Source of the DNA: an uncultured Litoreibacter sp.
Lineage (GTDB): Bacteria; Pseudomonadota; Alphaproteobacteria; Rhodobacterales; Rhodobacteraceae
Direction of reading: 5' to 3'
Length of the DNA stretch: 64,000 bases
NCBI GenBank assembly: GCA_947494435.1
Contig: CANLUY010000004.1
Span: 8,106 to 72,105 of the forward strand
Position 1 is the stretch's first letter. The number at the start of each line of letters is the position of its first letter. Made by a program: the position numbers and the translations under genes. The notes below the pieces were generated by a model that ran no database searches, was not told the DNA's origin, and saw only the letters and a program-made list of their open reading frames with translations. Positions 55,050-63,557 of the stretch are shown one piece after another.

Positions 55050-55694
55050 ATGAAAACAGTGCTTTGCTTCGGAGACTCCAATACGCACGGACAGATACCC
55101 GGCGGCACGCCGCTCGATCGCTTTGGCCACACTGAACGTTGGCCCGGAGTATTTGGTCAGGTCTTGGGAAAAGAGTGGCACGTGATTGAAGAAGGTCTTA
55201 GCGGACGCACAACCGTTTATGATGACCCCATCGAAGGGGACATAAAGAACGGGAAGACTTACTTGCGGCCCTGCCTGATGAGCCATGCACCGCTTGATCT
55301 TATCATTTTGATGCTTGGAACGAACGACCTGAAAGCGCGCTTTAATCAACCTGCGTCGGAGATTGCGATGGGTATTGGATGTCTCATCCACGACATACGA
55401 GAGCTTTGTCCTGGCCCCGGTGGCCACTGCCCTGAAATACTTGTGGTGGCCCCACCACCTATGCTTGACGATATTGGGGAATGGGAAGGCATATTCTCCG
55501 GTGCCCAACCTAAAAGCCATCAACTGGCTCACGCCTTCGAGGTTATTGCAGATTCACTGGAGGTTCATTTCTTCGATGCCGGCACGGTGATCCCATCAGA
55601 TCCAGCGGACGGCTTTCATCTTAGCCTTGAGGCCCACGCGGTTCTGGGACGAGCACTCGCACAAGAAGTCCTCAATATAGGGTGGTCTGACTAA
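55050..55694 (+). CDS. Second SGNH/GDSL hydrolase
   Basis: CFGDSNTHG, EEGLSGRTT, MLGTND, DGFH. Confidence 0.9.
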   Translation: MKTVLCFGDSNTHGQIPGGTPLDRFGHTERWPGVFGQVLGKEWHVIEEGLSGRTTVYDDPIEGDIKNGKTYLRPCLMSHAPLDLIILMLGTNDLKARFNQPASEIAMGIGCLIHDIRELCPGPGGHCPEILVVAPPPMLDDIGEWEGIFSGAQPKSHQLAHAFEVIADSLEVHFFDAGTVIPSDPADGFHLSLEAHAVLGRALAQEVLNIGWSD

Positions 55695-56800
55695 TGCCCG
55701 ACATGCGCTTTGCCCCGCCCAACCCAATCCGTATTGCCGATCGCGCCAGCGGGATGAACGCTGTGAGCGTGCGCAGCTACAACGAGCGCCTCGTCTTGTC
55801 ATTGTTGCTTCAAAATGAGGGGCTTTCTCGCATGGAGATCGGGACGCGGACGGGCCTTTCGGCGCAGACCGTTTCAGTGATTGTCAGATCGCTAGAACAG
55901 GAAGGGTTGGTTTCCAAGGGCGAGGCAGTCAAGGGACGCATGGGGCCGCCGACCATCCCACTCTCGCTTAATCCGGAGGGGGCCTATTCTGTTGGGATTA
56001 GTCTGGGGCATCTGCACACCGACGTTGTGATGATCGATTTCGTAGGACAAGTGAAGTTTTATACGTCATTGCCGATCCCAAGCGACAGTGAGACTACAAA
56101 TCATTCCAAGCTCGTTGAAACGGTTAGGCAGGCCTTGGATGCCCTGCCCGACAAACAGGCGGGCCGTCTGGCCGGTATCGGGATCGCCATGCCCGAAGAT
56201 CAGGACGAACTGGCACTTGGGCCGATTGGAATGGCTGACCGTTTCGAAGCCCTCGGGAAAGAAATCGAAGATGCGATGGGCATCGAGGTCTACGTTCAGA
56301 ACGATATTACTGCCGCCGCTGCGGGTGAAAGCATGTTTGGAGCGGCGAAAACACTTGATGACTACATTTTCTTTTACATCGGCGCGCGCTTACACCACAG
56401 ACTGGTCTTAAACCATCAGATTTTCCAAAGCAGGGTCCAGGAAAGTAAACCTGTTGGCCTCCTGAACCTCGAAGAGAGGATTTCAAAGACTACCCAATCC
56501 CCACAAGCGCTTTGGCAACGAGGGCAGGATTGGCCTGATTATGGTTCAGAAAAGGATCGATGGGTTGCCGATTGCGTGAATTCCTTAAGGGAGTCGCTCG
56601 ATGCCGCTTCACAGTTTTTACCTGTCAGCACGGTCATCGTCTCGTCTTATGCGCCGTCTGATGTTTGTATAGAGATTGCGGACAAACTCTCGAGTTGCAC
56701 CCAAGATGTCGAAGTTGCTGCAGGCCACCTCCAACTCTCCCCTAAAGCGCTCGGCGCTGCAAGTTTGCCATTTAGCTCAAAGTTCACCGTCGAAAGGTGA
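55694..56800 (+). CDS. ROK-family transcriptional regulator
   Basis: HTH LSRMEIGTRTGLSAQTVSVIV, GRMGPP, VQNDITAAAAGE. Confidence 0.9.
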   Translation: MPDMRFAPPNPIRIADRASGMNAVSVRSYNERLVLSLLLQNEGLSRMEIGTRTGLSAQTVSVIVRSLEQEGLVSKGEAVKGRMGPPTIPLSLNPEGAYSVGISLGHLHTDVVMIDFVGQVKFYTSLPIPSDSETTNHSKLVETVRQALDALPDKQAGRLAGIGIAMPEDQDELALGPIGMADRFEALGKEIEDAMGIEVYVQNDITAAAAGESMFGAAKTLDDYIFFYIGARLHHRLVLNHQIFQSRVQESKPVGLLNLEERISKTTQSPQALWQRGQDWPDYGSEKDRWVADCVNSLRESLDAASQFLPVSTVIVSSYAPSDVCIEIADKLSSCTQDVEVAAGHLQLSPKALGAASLPFSSKFTVER

Positions 56801-56804
56801 AATG

Positions 56805-56884
56805 GCGGACTTTCGAGATGCAATGATCGAGGATAGCAAGGTCTCGCGTTTTATTGGTTCGCACATCGTGCAGCGAACGGCAGG
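56805..56884 (+). repeat. Degenerate interspersed repeat at cargo boundary
   Basis: GCGGACTTT (also near 37.37 kb) and GTTCGC-N10-GCGAACGGCAGG. Confidence 0.45.
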
Positions 56885-56940
56885 TGTACGGATGGGTTTT
56901 CAGGGCAAATGCATTGCCTTGCCCGCTTCCGGAGCGTTAC

Positions 56941-58173
56941 CTACAAGCCGAGCGCTGTCTCCATTCTCTCATGTTCAAATGCGGGTGCGCACCGCCTCAA
57001 TGCAGCGCCGGTTATGCCATGCTGGCGGAGTGTTTCGCCCCAGATTGTTGCAATCGTGTTGGCCATGTTTTTCGCCATATCCCTGGCATCGGCATCTGAG
57101 ATGTCAAAGAATGGCGCGGCATCAATCACCGCTTCCACGGAGGGTTCAAAGCCGTGAACGTCACTTATCCCGGTTTCGAGAGTAGGTTGCCTGCGTGGCT
57201 GCGGATTGACGTCAAACATCGGTGACAGACGCCAGCGGTTGTCACGGACATAGAGAAGACCATGATTTTTGAGATGGTCATCAGTGTTTGTGATCAGCAC
57301 GGTGAACAACAGGCGTTGCCACAGTTCCCGAATGTCCTTTTCCGGCAAGACGGACATTTGCCGCAAAGCATCCACGATGTCGGTATAGTAGCCGTGGGCG
57401 GACCCTTTCTTGCCCAAGGCCGTCCGGGCCGACATGTAGGGCAAGCGGCCACCCTCACGACGATCAAAGCGCTTGATGAGGCCAACTGGATGCTGGCTGG
57501 CGGCCAGTTCGAGCCGCGCTTCCGGTGTCCGAATACCTACCGCGCTGGCCATTGCAAGTGTGGCGATTTCCAACCGCTCTACTGGCCATGTGTCATCAAT
57601 TGAGGTGAACTTTGCGATCCAGAGGTTCTCACCATCCTCGACATTGGCTTTTGGACGCGCACCACCAAGGGAACCTGCCGCGCCGACAAGATCACGCGCT
57701 TCGGCTTCCGCGCCTTCCGGATCCCGTTCATACCGCACTGCGATCGCGCGCAGTTCTTCGATGTTGGCCAAGCGTGGCACAGGAGGTTGCTCCGGATGGA
57801 ACAACTCTCCTTTCTCGTTAAAGAACCGCAATGCCCCGTGGCGGGCCTTGTCATCGGCCGCAACCAGATAGTCGAATTCCGTGACCCCCTCGCCATGCAC
57901 GCGACGAATAAGCTTACGTCCCCAGCTATCAGGCGATGTATCCGTAAAGGGCCCCGCCAAGACATCTCGACGTCGGCTTTCGCGCCCCTCTGCAGAGAAA
58001 TGAAATGGCGCACGGCTGCGCGGCATGTCAGGGGCAAGATCAAATCCTATCGGGTCTTCAAGCCATCTCTCGTCATAGATGAAAGTGGAATGTGACCGCC
58101 GACCATCGGTTTCAAAAATTAAGCGCCCAACAGGGATACAGGCATTCCCAAGGACCACAGAAGCTTCAGACAT
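56941..58173 (-). CDS. hipA: HipA-family kinase toxin
   Basis: HipA N-terminal couple domain (PDSWGRKLI), GSLGGARPKA, NTDDHLKNH, LSPMFD. Confidence 0.9.
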   Translation of the reverse strand: MSEASVVLGNACIPVGRLIFETDGRRSHSTFIYDERWLEDPIGFDLAPDMPRSRAPFHFSAEGRESRRRDVLAGPFTDTSPDSWGRKLIRRVHGEGVTEFDYLVAADDKARHGALRFFNEKGELFHPEQPPVPRLANIEELRAIAVRYERDPEGAEAEARDLVGAAGSLGGARPKANVEDGENLWIAKFTSIDDTWPVERLEIATLAMASAVGIRTPEARLELAASQHPVGLIKRFDRREGGRLPYMSARTALGKKGSAHGYYTDIVDALRQMSVLPEKDIRELWQRLLFTVLITNTDDHLKNHGLLYVRDNRWRLSPMFDVNPQPRRQPTLETGISDVHGFEPSVEAVIDAAPFFDISDADARDMAKNMANTIATIWGETLRQHGITGAALRRCAPAFEHERMETALGL

Positions 58174-58577
58174 CAGAATGCTGTCCCTTCATCGTCATCA
58201 AGCCCGGTTGACCCTTTTGAAGAGCCTCTCAGGTGATCGGGAATGGTCTCTGTTCCCTTACTAGTCCGCATGGATGCCGATGAGCCGCGCTGTCGGATGC
58301 GCTCCGGGAGTTTCTCACGGTCCAGTCCGATGCCAGTCGAATCTGAGGCTGGATCGGCGATCTCAGCCAAACGGTCCAGCATGCCCAAAGCCAGAAGCGC
58401 CATGGCAAAGGTCTCAAGCCGGACACCACCATCACCCCGCTCAAGCTTCGCAAGGGTCTTATCGCTGACGCCAATTCGGCTACAGAAATCCGCAACCGAC
58501 ATGCGGCGCCTTTTGCGCGCGGTTTGGATATCGCGACCAAGCAGCGACAAAGCGGATTTAACTTGCAATGAGCTCAC
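58173..58577 (-). CDS. XRE/HTH antitoxin (HipB-like)
   Basis: ARKRRRMSVADFCSRIGVSDKTLAKLERGD; stop overlaps hipA ATG; probable GTG start after GGAGAG. Confidence 0.85.
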   Translation of the reverse strand: MSSLQVKSALSLLGRDIQTARKRRRMSVADFCSRIGVSDKTLAKLERGDGGVRLETFAMALLALGMLDRLAEIADPASDSTGIGLDREKLPERIRQRGSSASMRTSKGTETIPDHLRGSSKGSTGLDDDEGTAF

Positions 58578-58596
58578 AACACTCTCCAAGGTTACA

Positions 58597-58766
58597 TCGG
58601 ATATTTGTCCGGTTTAAAATCATTAGACCGGACTTTTCTCCGACATAAAGCCCAGCCTTCCAAAAAGCAAGGTTTTACACGCTAACACACTCAAACCTCC
58701 GACTTAACGCACATAAGCAGAGTTATTATCCGACTTAGAAACTCCATCTTACTAATACCCGACAGA
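58597..58766. repeat. Two YCGGA-N6-TCCGR palindromes and a ~30-bp-periodic CCG-core repeat series
   Basis: Palindromes 58597-58612 and 58628-58643; TCCG(A/G)(C/T)(A/T)TA at 58608, 58639, 58698, 58729, weaker at 58758. Confidence 0.55.
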
Positions 58767-58904
58767 CATAAGCCTCATTCCCTGCCCAATGATCTACCGC
58801 ATAGCCCTCGAACAGGTTATCGACTAGCACCGCCCCAAATTCACGAAATCCTGCAGATTCACTCTTCAGCACAACTGCGAACATCGACTGGCCGACCACC
58901 GGTA

Positions 58905-60185
58905 TCATGCCGCAACTCCGCTCAATCGACCAAAGAAACTGCGCTCGAGATGCAACTCCCCTGCCCCGGCCTTCTCGACCATACCGCGCAGATATCCACC
59001 TGGTGAGGTGACTTCACCCGTGCTGTGTTTCTCAAAAACCAACACCAAAGCGGCCGTTGCCACCTGTTTGCCCAGCATTTCCTGCGCAGTGTTCCACGCA
59101 TGCTCAGAAATACCAATCATAGGCCTGAGTTGCCCAGCAACCCGGTGCAAATCGCCCCAATCCTTCAGGAATCCGCCCATACTCCGCGCCCAGGACGCAA
59201 ATTCAGGACAAGCTTGCATGATCGTTGGCAGGTCAACTGCTGTCCGCTTCTTGCGAACCTCAACAACCCAGTCTTCTAACGCGCTATCAAAACGCTCCTC
59301 CGGTGGCGCATTGGGCACCACGTCCGCCGCTTCCTCTTTTTCTGAGGAATTACTAATTACAGAACTGAGTTGTTTTGTAACTAGTATATGAGGGTCGGAA
59401 TTGACCTCCCTGGGGTTCATTTGTTGAGTCTTCTGTGAAACTTGTTCGACAGTCACAGCGGTGTTTTCCACAACTTCTTCCGGCTGGACTGCTTTGAGGT
59501 AAGCAGTTTCCACACGCCCCTGAAGCTCTTTGAACCATGTCAGCAGGCCCATAAGCCGGTCCGATCCTTCGTTTCGGCGTGGCAGACGGCCAAGTAGGTC
59601 CTCGAACAGACCCGTAAACTGCACCCACGGGCCGCTGAGCGCCCCGCTGACGGCTGCTTCGATCCGTGCGCGGATCATGCGCCGTGCGACCGTGATTTGC
59701 CGCTTCAGTCGCTGGCACAGCTCTCGTTCCGCCTGCAACTGGGCGTGCAACTGCTCAAATTCGTCCACACGGGCCGACAATGGTGACAGGTCGAAGCCAT
59801 AGGCCTCGATGATAACGCCCTCAGCGTCTCTCTTGCCCCATCGCTTCCCATTGGGGCTGTCTTTGAAGGCAATGGCCCCTGCCTCCGCTAAACGCCGTGC
59901 ATGGCGCTTCAGAGCGGAAAGCGAGAAACCTGTCTGTTCCATCAGATAGGCGTTGGACGCCCAAACGATGGGCCGTCTGCCCTCTTCCCAGTCTTGAGCC
60001 TGTGTGAAGGCTCCCAGCGTGTCCAGAAGCATCATGTCGCCAGCCTTGAGACCGATATGTGCTCCAACGCGCTTTACCGCAACAAATGCTCTTGTTTTGG
60101 GTACAGCTACCCGTTCACCGGCTTGGGCAAGTTGCTCTGCAACCCCAAGACCCGGTGTCGGCTTGCGCCAACCTGTGTTCTTCAT
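58905..60185 (-). CDS. repC: RepC replication initiator of a RepABC replicon
   Basis: DSPNGKRWGKR, AYGFDLSPL, ACPEF, SPGGYLRGM..KA..GEL; AT-rich internal segment ~59340-59400 (candidate oriV). Confidence 0.95.
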   Translation of the reverse strand: MKNTGWRKPTPGLGVAEQLAQAGERVAVPKTRAFVAVKRVGAHIGLKAGDMMLLDTLGAFTQAQDWEEGRRPIVWASNAYLMEQTGFSLSALKRHARRLAEAGAIAFKDSPNGKRWGKRDAEGVIIEAYGFDLSPLSARVDEFEQLHAQLQAERELCQRLKRQITVARRMIRARIEAAVSGALSGPWVQFTGLFEDLLGRLPRRNEGSDRLMGLLTWFKELQGRVETAYLKAVQPEEVVENTAVTVEQVSQKTQQMNPREVNSDPHILVTKQLSSVISNSSEKEEAADVVPNAPPEERFDSALEDWVVEVRKKRTAVDLPTIMQACPEFASWARSMGGFLKDWGDLHRVAGQLRPMIGISEHAWNTAQEMLGKQVATAALVLVFEKHSTGEVTSPGGYLRGMVEKAGAGELHLERSFFGRLSGVAA

Positions 60186-60252
60186 GAGTTTTTCTTCGCC
60201 TCCTCTGCTTGACTGGAGACAAAAGAAATCCGTTCACCGAATCGGTGTTTCG

Positions 60253-60339
60253 TTGACAACGATTTGCGTGGAGTGCTACCTATCAGTTGCAACACAGATA
60301 GAATGGCTCTCTTACCGCAAGGTGGAGGGCTTTTCTTTT
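60253..60339 (+). ncRNA. repABC counter-transcribed RNA (ctRNA) with its promoter
   Basis: TTGACA at 60253 in repB-repC gap, antisense to repC mRNA; terminator hairpin 60306-60330 plus TTTTCTTTT; RNA roughly 60288-60339. Confidence 0.8.
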
Positions 60340-60419
60340 GCCGTTAAATCACTTCATACATGATCCTATTTCTTGCCTCATTTGGGTTCGAAGAGCACCG
60401 TCTTCGCGGCTCCTGCCTC

Positions 60420-61457
60420 TTACTTCGAACCATGTTTCTCTAAGAACTCCGCTATGACGTCTCCCAATCCATTGAGGACATCCTGATCCAGTGCCAAGCC
60501 GGTAGCAGCAACAGATAGCCGCCCCCCCTGCCCTGTAACGCTGAGATTTCGCGATCCAATCTTACGTTTAACTGTCAGCTTTTTAGGTTTAGTCAGTTTC
60601 TTTTTTGCCGCCTTATCAGGCTTGCCAGTGAGGTCATTGAGGACCTTTTCTAAGTCGCGGTGACTGAGTTCGTAGACATTTTTGCACGTGTGCAAAATCT
60701 GATCTTTCGCCGCAAAAACAGCCCTACCCCGCGACACAGCGCTGTTGTGAACGCCAACTCGTCGCGAAAACTCAGTAGCTGAAAGCTTCCCATCGGGTGT
60801 CGTGCCTTGAAGTTGATCAAACATCTCCCCAATGGAAACAAGACGCTCGAATGCGCTGAGGTTTTCACGCTCTTCGTTCTCGCGAAAGCGCATAAACAGC
60901 ATTTCAAACTGTTCTTCCTTCGAGCCACGTTGTGATTGAGGGACAAGCAACGCCCGCACAGGCAAGCCGAGCGCTGACAAGATAGCGTGACGGCGGCGTC
61001 CAACGATCAATTGAAACTTTACACCCTCAACGTTCTCCGGCTCACGTTCGTCTGGACGCCAATTAGGGTCTGCAGGCCAAACATGGATTGGTGTATCCTG
61101 GCCATTCTTGGCAATACTGTCCTTTAGCGCCTCAAAAGCATCTTGGTCGCGCCAGTCATCTCGGCGGTCCGTCCCAATCACGTCAATGATTTGAGATGGG
61201 TCAATACGCAACTCCTGACGGCCAGAAAGAATTCGCTCAACGACCCGCGCACGTTCGGTCTGCAATATCTGTTCTGCGTCCGACAACGCACCCGCTTTCC
61301 ATGCACTGCCAGAACCGCCTAGACGCGGCTTCACTCCAGCAACAACGGGAGACGCACCTACAGCAGTGCTTGCAAGATCAATTTCGTCCTTGTCTTCGAC
61401 CACTGCCTCATCAACTCTCTTTTTCTTGAGGACCGAGCTGCTCAATGTTCTCTTCAT
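60420..61457 (-). CDS. repB: RepB/ParB partition protein
   Basis: SIAKNGQDTPIHV, LIVGRRR, ENEERENLSAFER, HTH-like FSRRVGVHNSAVSR. Confidence 0.9.
   Translation of the reverse strand: MKRTLSSSVLKKKRVDEAVVEDKDEIDLASTAVGASPVVAGVKPRLGGSGSAWKAGALSDAEQILQTERARVVERILSGRQELRIDPSQIIDVIGTDRRDDWRDQDAFEALKDSIAKNGQDTPIHVWPADPNWRPDEREPENVEGVKFQLIVGRRRHAILSALGLPVRALLVPQSQRGSKEEQFEMLFMRFRENEERENLSAFERLVSIGEMFDQLQGTTPDGKLSATEFSRRVGVHNSAVSRGRAVFAAKDQILHTCKNVYELSHRDLEKVLNDLTGKPDKAAKKKLTKPKKLTVKRKIGSRNLSVTGQGGRLSVAATGLALDQDVLNGLGDVIAEFLEKHGSK
60680..60697. promoter_or_regulatory. parS-like palindrome inside repB
   Basis: TTTTGCACGTGTGCAAAA, near copy of 62969-62990. Confidence 0.6.
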
Positions 61458-62809
61458 TCAGTTTCCTCCTCAAAATCATAGAAATTCTTCATCCACGCAT
61501 CCGCGTAGCCCCGTTCGAGACTCGGCCATAAACGTGAGACAATGGCGTCGTTGACGGCATCAGCGTTTTCTATGAAACGGTTGATACCCTTCTTCTTGCC
61601 GGGAGTATCTGGCTCGTACTCATAGACAGACTGATAAACATCCGAAGCATTTGAGATTGCATCGGAGCGCAAATAGAAGACAGGGAGAACCTCATCCGGG
61701 CAGTTTTCAAGCAAGTTTCCGACTTGCGTGAGATCCTGCTCATTTGTGCGCTGTACAATAGTCGGAAGGAGCATATGAGCCGCACCGCCCATATCAATAC
61801 GATCAGTCACAAAAATATGGCGCAACATTGTTAGTAGACCGGTTACGAAGGTCGACAGCGTCGCGATGTCAAAGCCCTTCATCGTCTGAGGAATAATCAG
61901 TGATGTAGACGCCATCACGTTATTTAGCTGGAAGAGAGTCAAGGCAGGCTGATAATCAATGATTATACAGTCTAACGTCTCATTTAGAGCCTGATCCAAC
62001 TTCGCTCGATCGACTCTATTGTCTACCACCAGCTCATTTGGTCGCGTGACTGGAAGATTGCCTTCTTTCCAGCGATCAATGGAGTCCCGTAAGAACCTAT
62101 AGAACCGTTTCTCAGGCGTCCCGGCACGTAAAAGACGGGCAATCTGGATCTCGCCCTCAGAGGTCTCACCATGTGCAGGAACCAGCCTTACGCCCGGCCA
62201 CGACGTCTTCTTGAAGAAGCCGTCTAAAGTCTCAGCGTCATAGTCAGTGTAAGGAATGGTTTCATCCGTTTGAAACAAGCCAGCAAAGTCGACCATGGTT
62301 GGTGTTTCTGCGTCAGGCAAAGTCGGCATCTCTTCGCCGCCAACAAAGTAGAGCGTAATTGTACTTTGTGGGTCAGCATCCATGACACCAACCCGCATTC
62401 CGTAGTTGAGGCTCAAATACTGCGCAAAGTGAGCCGCGCTCAATGATTTCGCAGTTCCGCCTTTCTGGCTCGCAAAGGAGATAACCGGCAAAGGGTCGTC
62501 TGGCTTGCGCCATGCTAGGAAGTGCTCCGGCCGTTTGGCAGAGGCTGCCATAAGTGCGCGGATATGCATCAGTTCAGTGAGCGTGAAGACACGTTCACGA
62601 CCAACATGTTTGCCCGCCGGAAAATCTTCATTGTCCTTGGCAAACTTTGTTAGATGCTGATGGCTGATATCAAGGAAGCGTGCACATTGGCGCATTGACC
62701 AAGAGCGCTTGATGCGCTCTCTCATCGTGAGTTCCTTGTTGACCGAAACCATGGTCCGGCCAAGGCCTCGCTCGAGTTCCTGAAGGAATTGTTCTATGCT
62801 GCCGCTCAT
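61454..62809 (-). CDS. repA: RepA/ParA partition ATPase
   Basis: N-terminal HTH, deviant Walker A QKGGTAKS, DADPQ, IIIDYQP; start MSGSIEQ after GAGGA. Confidence 0.92.
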   Translation of the reverse strand: MSGSIEQFLQELERGLGRTMVSVNKELTMRERIKRSWSMRQCARFLDISHQHLTKFAKDNEDFPAGKHVGRERVFTLTELMHIRALMAASAKRPEHFLAWRKPDDPLPVISFASQKGGTAKSLSAAHFAQYLSLNYGMRVGVMDADPQSTITLYFVGGEEMPTLPDAETPTMVDFAGLFQTDETIPYTDYDAETLDGFFKKTSWPGVRLVPAHGETSEGEIQIARLLRAGTPEKRFYRFLRDSIDRWKEGNLPVTRPNELVVDNRVDRAKLDQALNETLDCIIIDYQPALTLFQLNNVMASTSLIIPQTMKGFDIATLSTFVTGLLTMLRHIFVTDRIDMGGAAHMLLPTIVQRTNEQDLTQVGNLLENCPDEVLPVFYLRSDAISNASDVYQSVYEYEPDTPGKKKGINRFIENADAVNDAIVSRLWPSLERGYADAWMKNFYDFEEETE

Positions 62810-62968
62810 AACACCGTCCTCATTCGATTCTCTTGTGGAACCGATTCCGCAATTTAATAGCACGGTTTTGAAGGTTTTGTATAGATATTGTACGCCTACC
62901 AGATATCTAACGCACAATATGGACCACACTAATAGGAAAAGCGAACAACGTTCGGCAACGGCCTCAGA

Positions 62969-62990
62969 CTTTTTGCACGCGTGCAAAAAG
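62969..62990. promoter_or_regulatory. parS-like perfect 22-bp palindrome upstream of repA
   Basis: CTTTTTGCACGCGTGCAAAAAG. Confidence 0.7.
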
Positions 62991-63003
62991 CCAAGATGTA
63001 AGT

Positions 63004-63031
63004 GTTGCTGGCCGGAGAGCCGGCCAGCAAC
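63004..63031 (-). terminator. Hairpin after DUF736 gene
   Basis: GTTGCTGGCCGG-agag-CCGGCCAGCAAC perfect 12-bp stem; weak U-tract. Confidence 0.6.
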
Positions 63032-63036
63032 TGGGC

Positions 63037-63375
63037 TTACGAAACTTCTTTCGGACCCCAAGGAATGATCGCTTGCAGCGCATCATCGTCCTGGTTCGCG
63101 GCCTTGCCGAGGTTCGCATTGAATGCATAGTCCCGGACCGTCAGCGAAAAGTAGTCTGCGCCGGTGTCGCGGTTCTGTTTCTTCCAGATGCCGCCACACT
63201 CAACGAGGCGACCACGTGGTGAGCGGCCAAGGACACGGTGGGTCGGTGCCATCGGGTTATCGCTGATGATGGGCTCCACGGTGATATCGAGGTCGAAGGT
63301 CAAAGTTGAAATTGAGCCGGACCCTTTGGCGGTCTCGATATCGGTGCTTTCGAATTTGATGCAGTTGGTGGTCAT
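63037..63375 (-). CDS. DUF736-family protein
   Basis: GSISTLTFDLDITVEP, APTHRV, GGIWKK, DYFSLT; RBS AAAGGAG. Confidence 0.85.
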   Translation of the reverse strand: MTTNCIKFESTDIETAKGSGSISTLTFDLDITVEPIISDNPMAPTHRVLGRSPRGRLVECGGIWKKQNRDTGADYFSLTVRDYAFNANLGKAANQDDDALQAIIPWGPKEVS

Positions 63376-63416
63376 TGCTTTGCTCCTTTGGTTGGTGTTG
63401 CAATGATGGTCACCTT

Positions 63417-63557
63417 GCAGAGGCTTAAGAGCCGAACACACCGAAGGCGCAGCGAAGCGGAGAAGGGAAGGGGGGACAGAATTTTGCCGCGCGAGGAATG
63501 CCCAATGGGCAGGGGACAATTCTGGCAAACGCCCTTTGTGTTCGGGTTGGCCTCTGC
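63417..63557. promoter_or_regulatory. Long imperfect hairpin, candidate ssDNA promoter (Frpo/ssi-like)
   Basis: GCAGAGGC/GCCTCTGC, CCGAACACA/TGTGTTCGG, CAGAATT/AATTCTG stems; core homologous to 48815-48868. Confidence 0.6.

Noticed and set aside
62810-63061. 84-aa N-terminal extension of RepA; similarly the 110-aa extension of the DUF2958 ORF (48485-48814)
   Set aside because: They run through promoter, parS or other genes; RBS-supported internal starts exist
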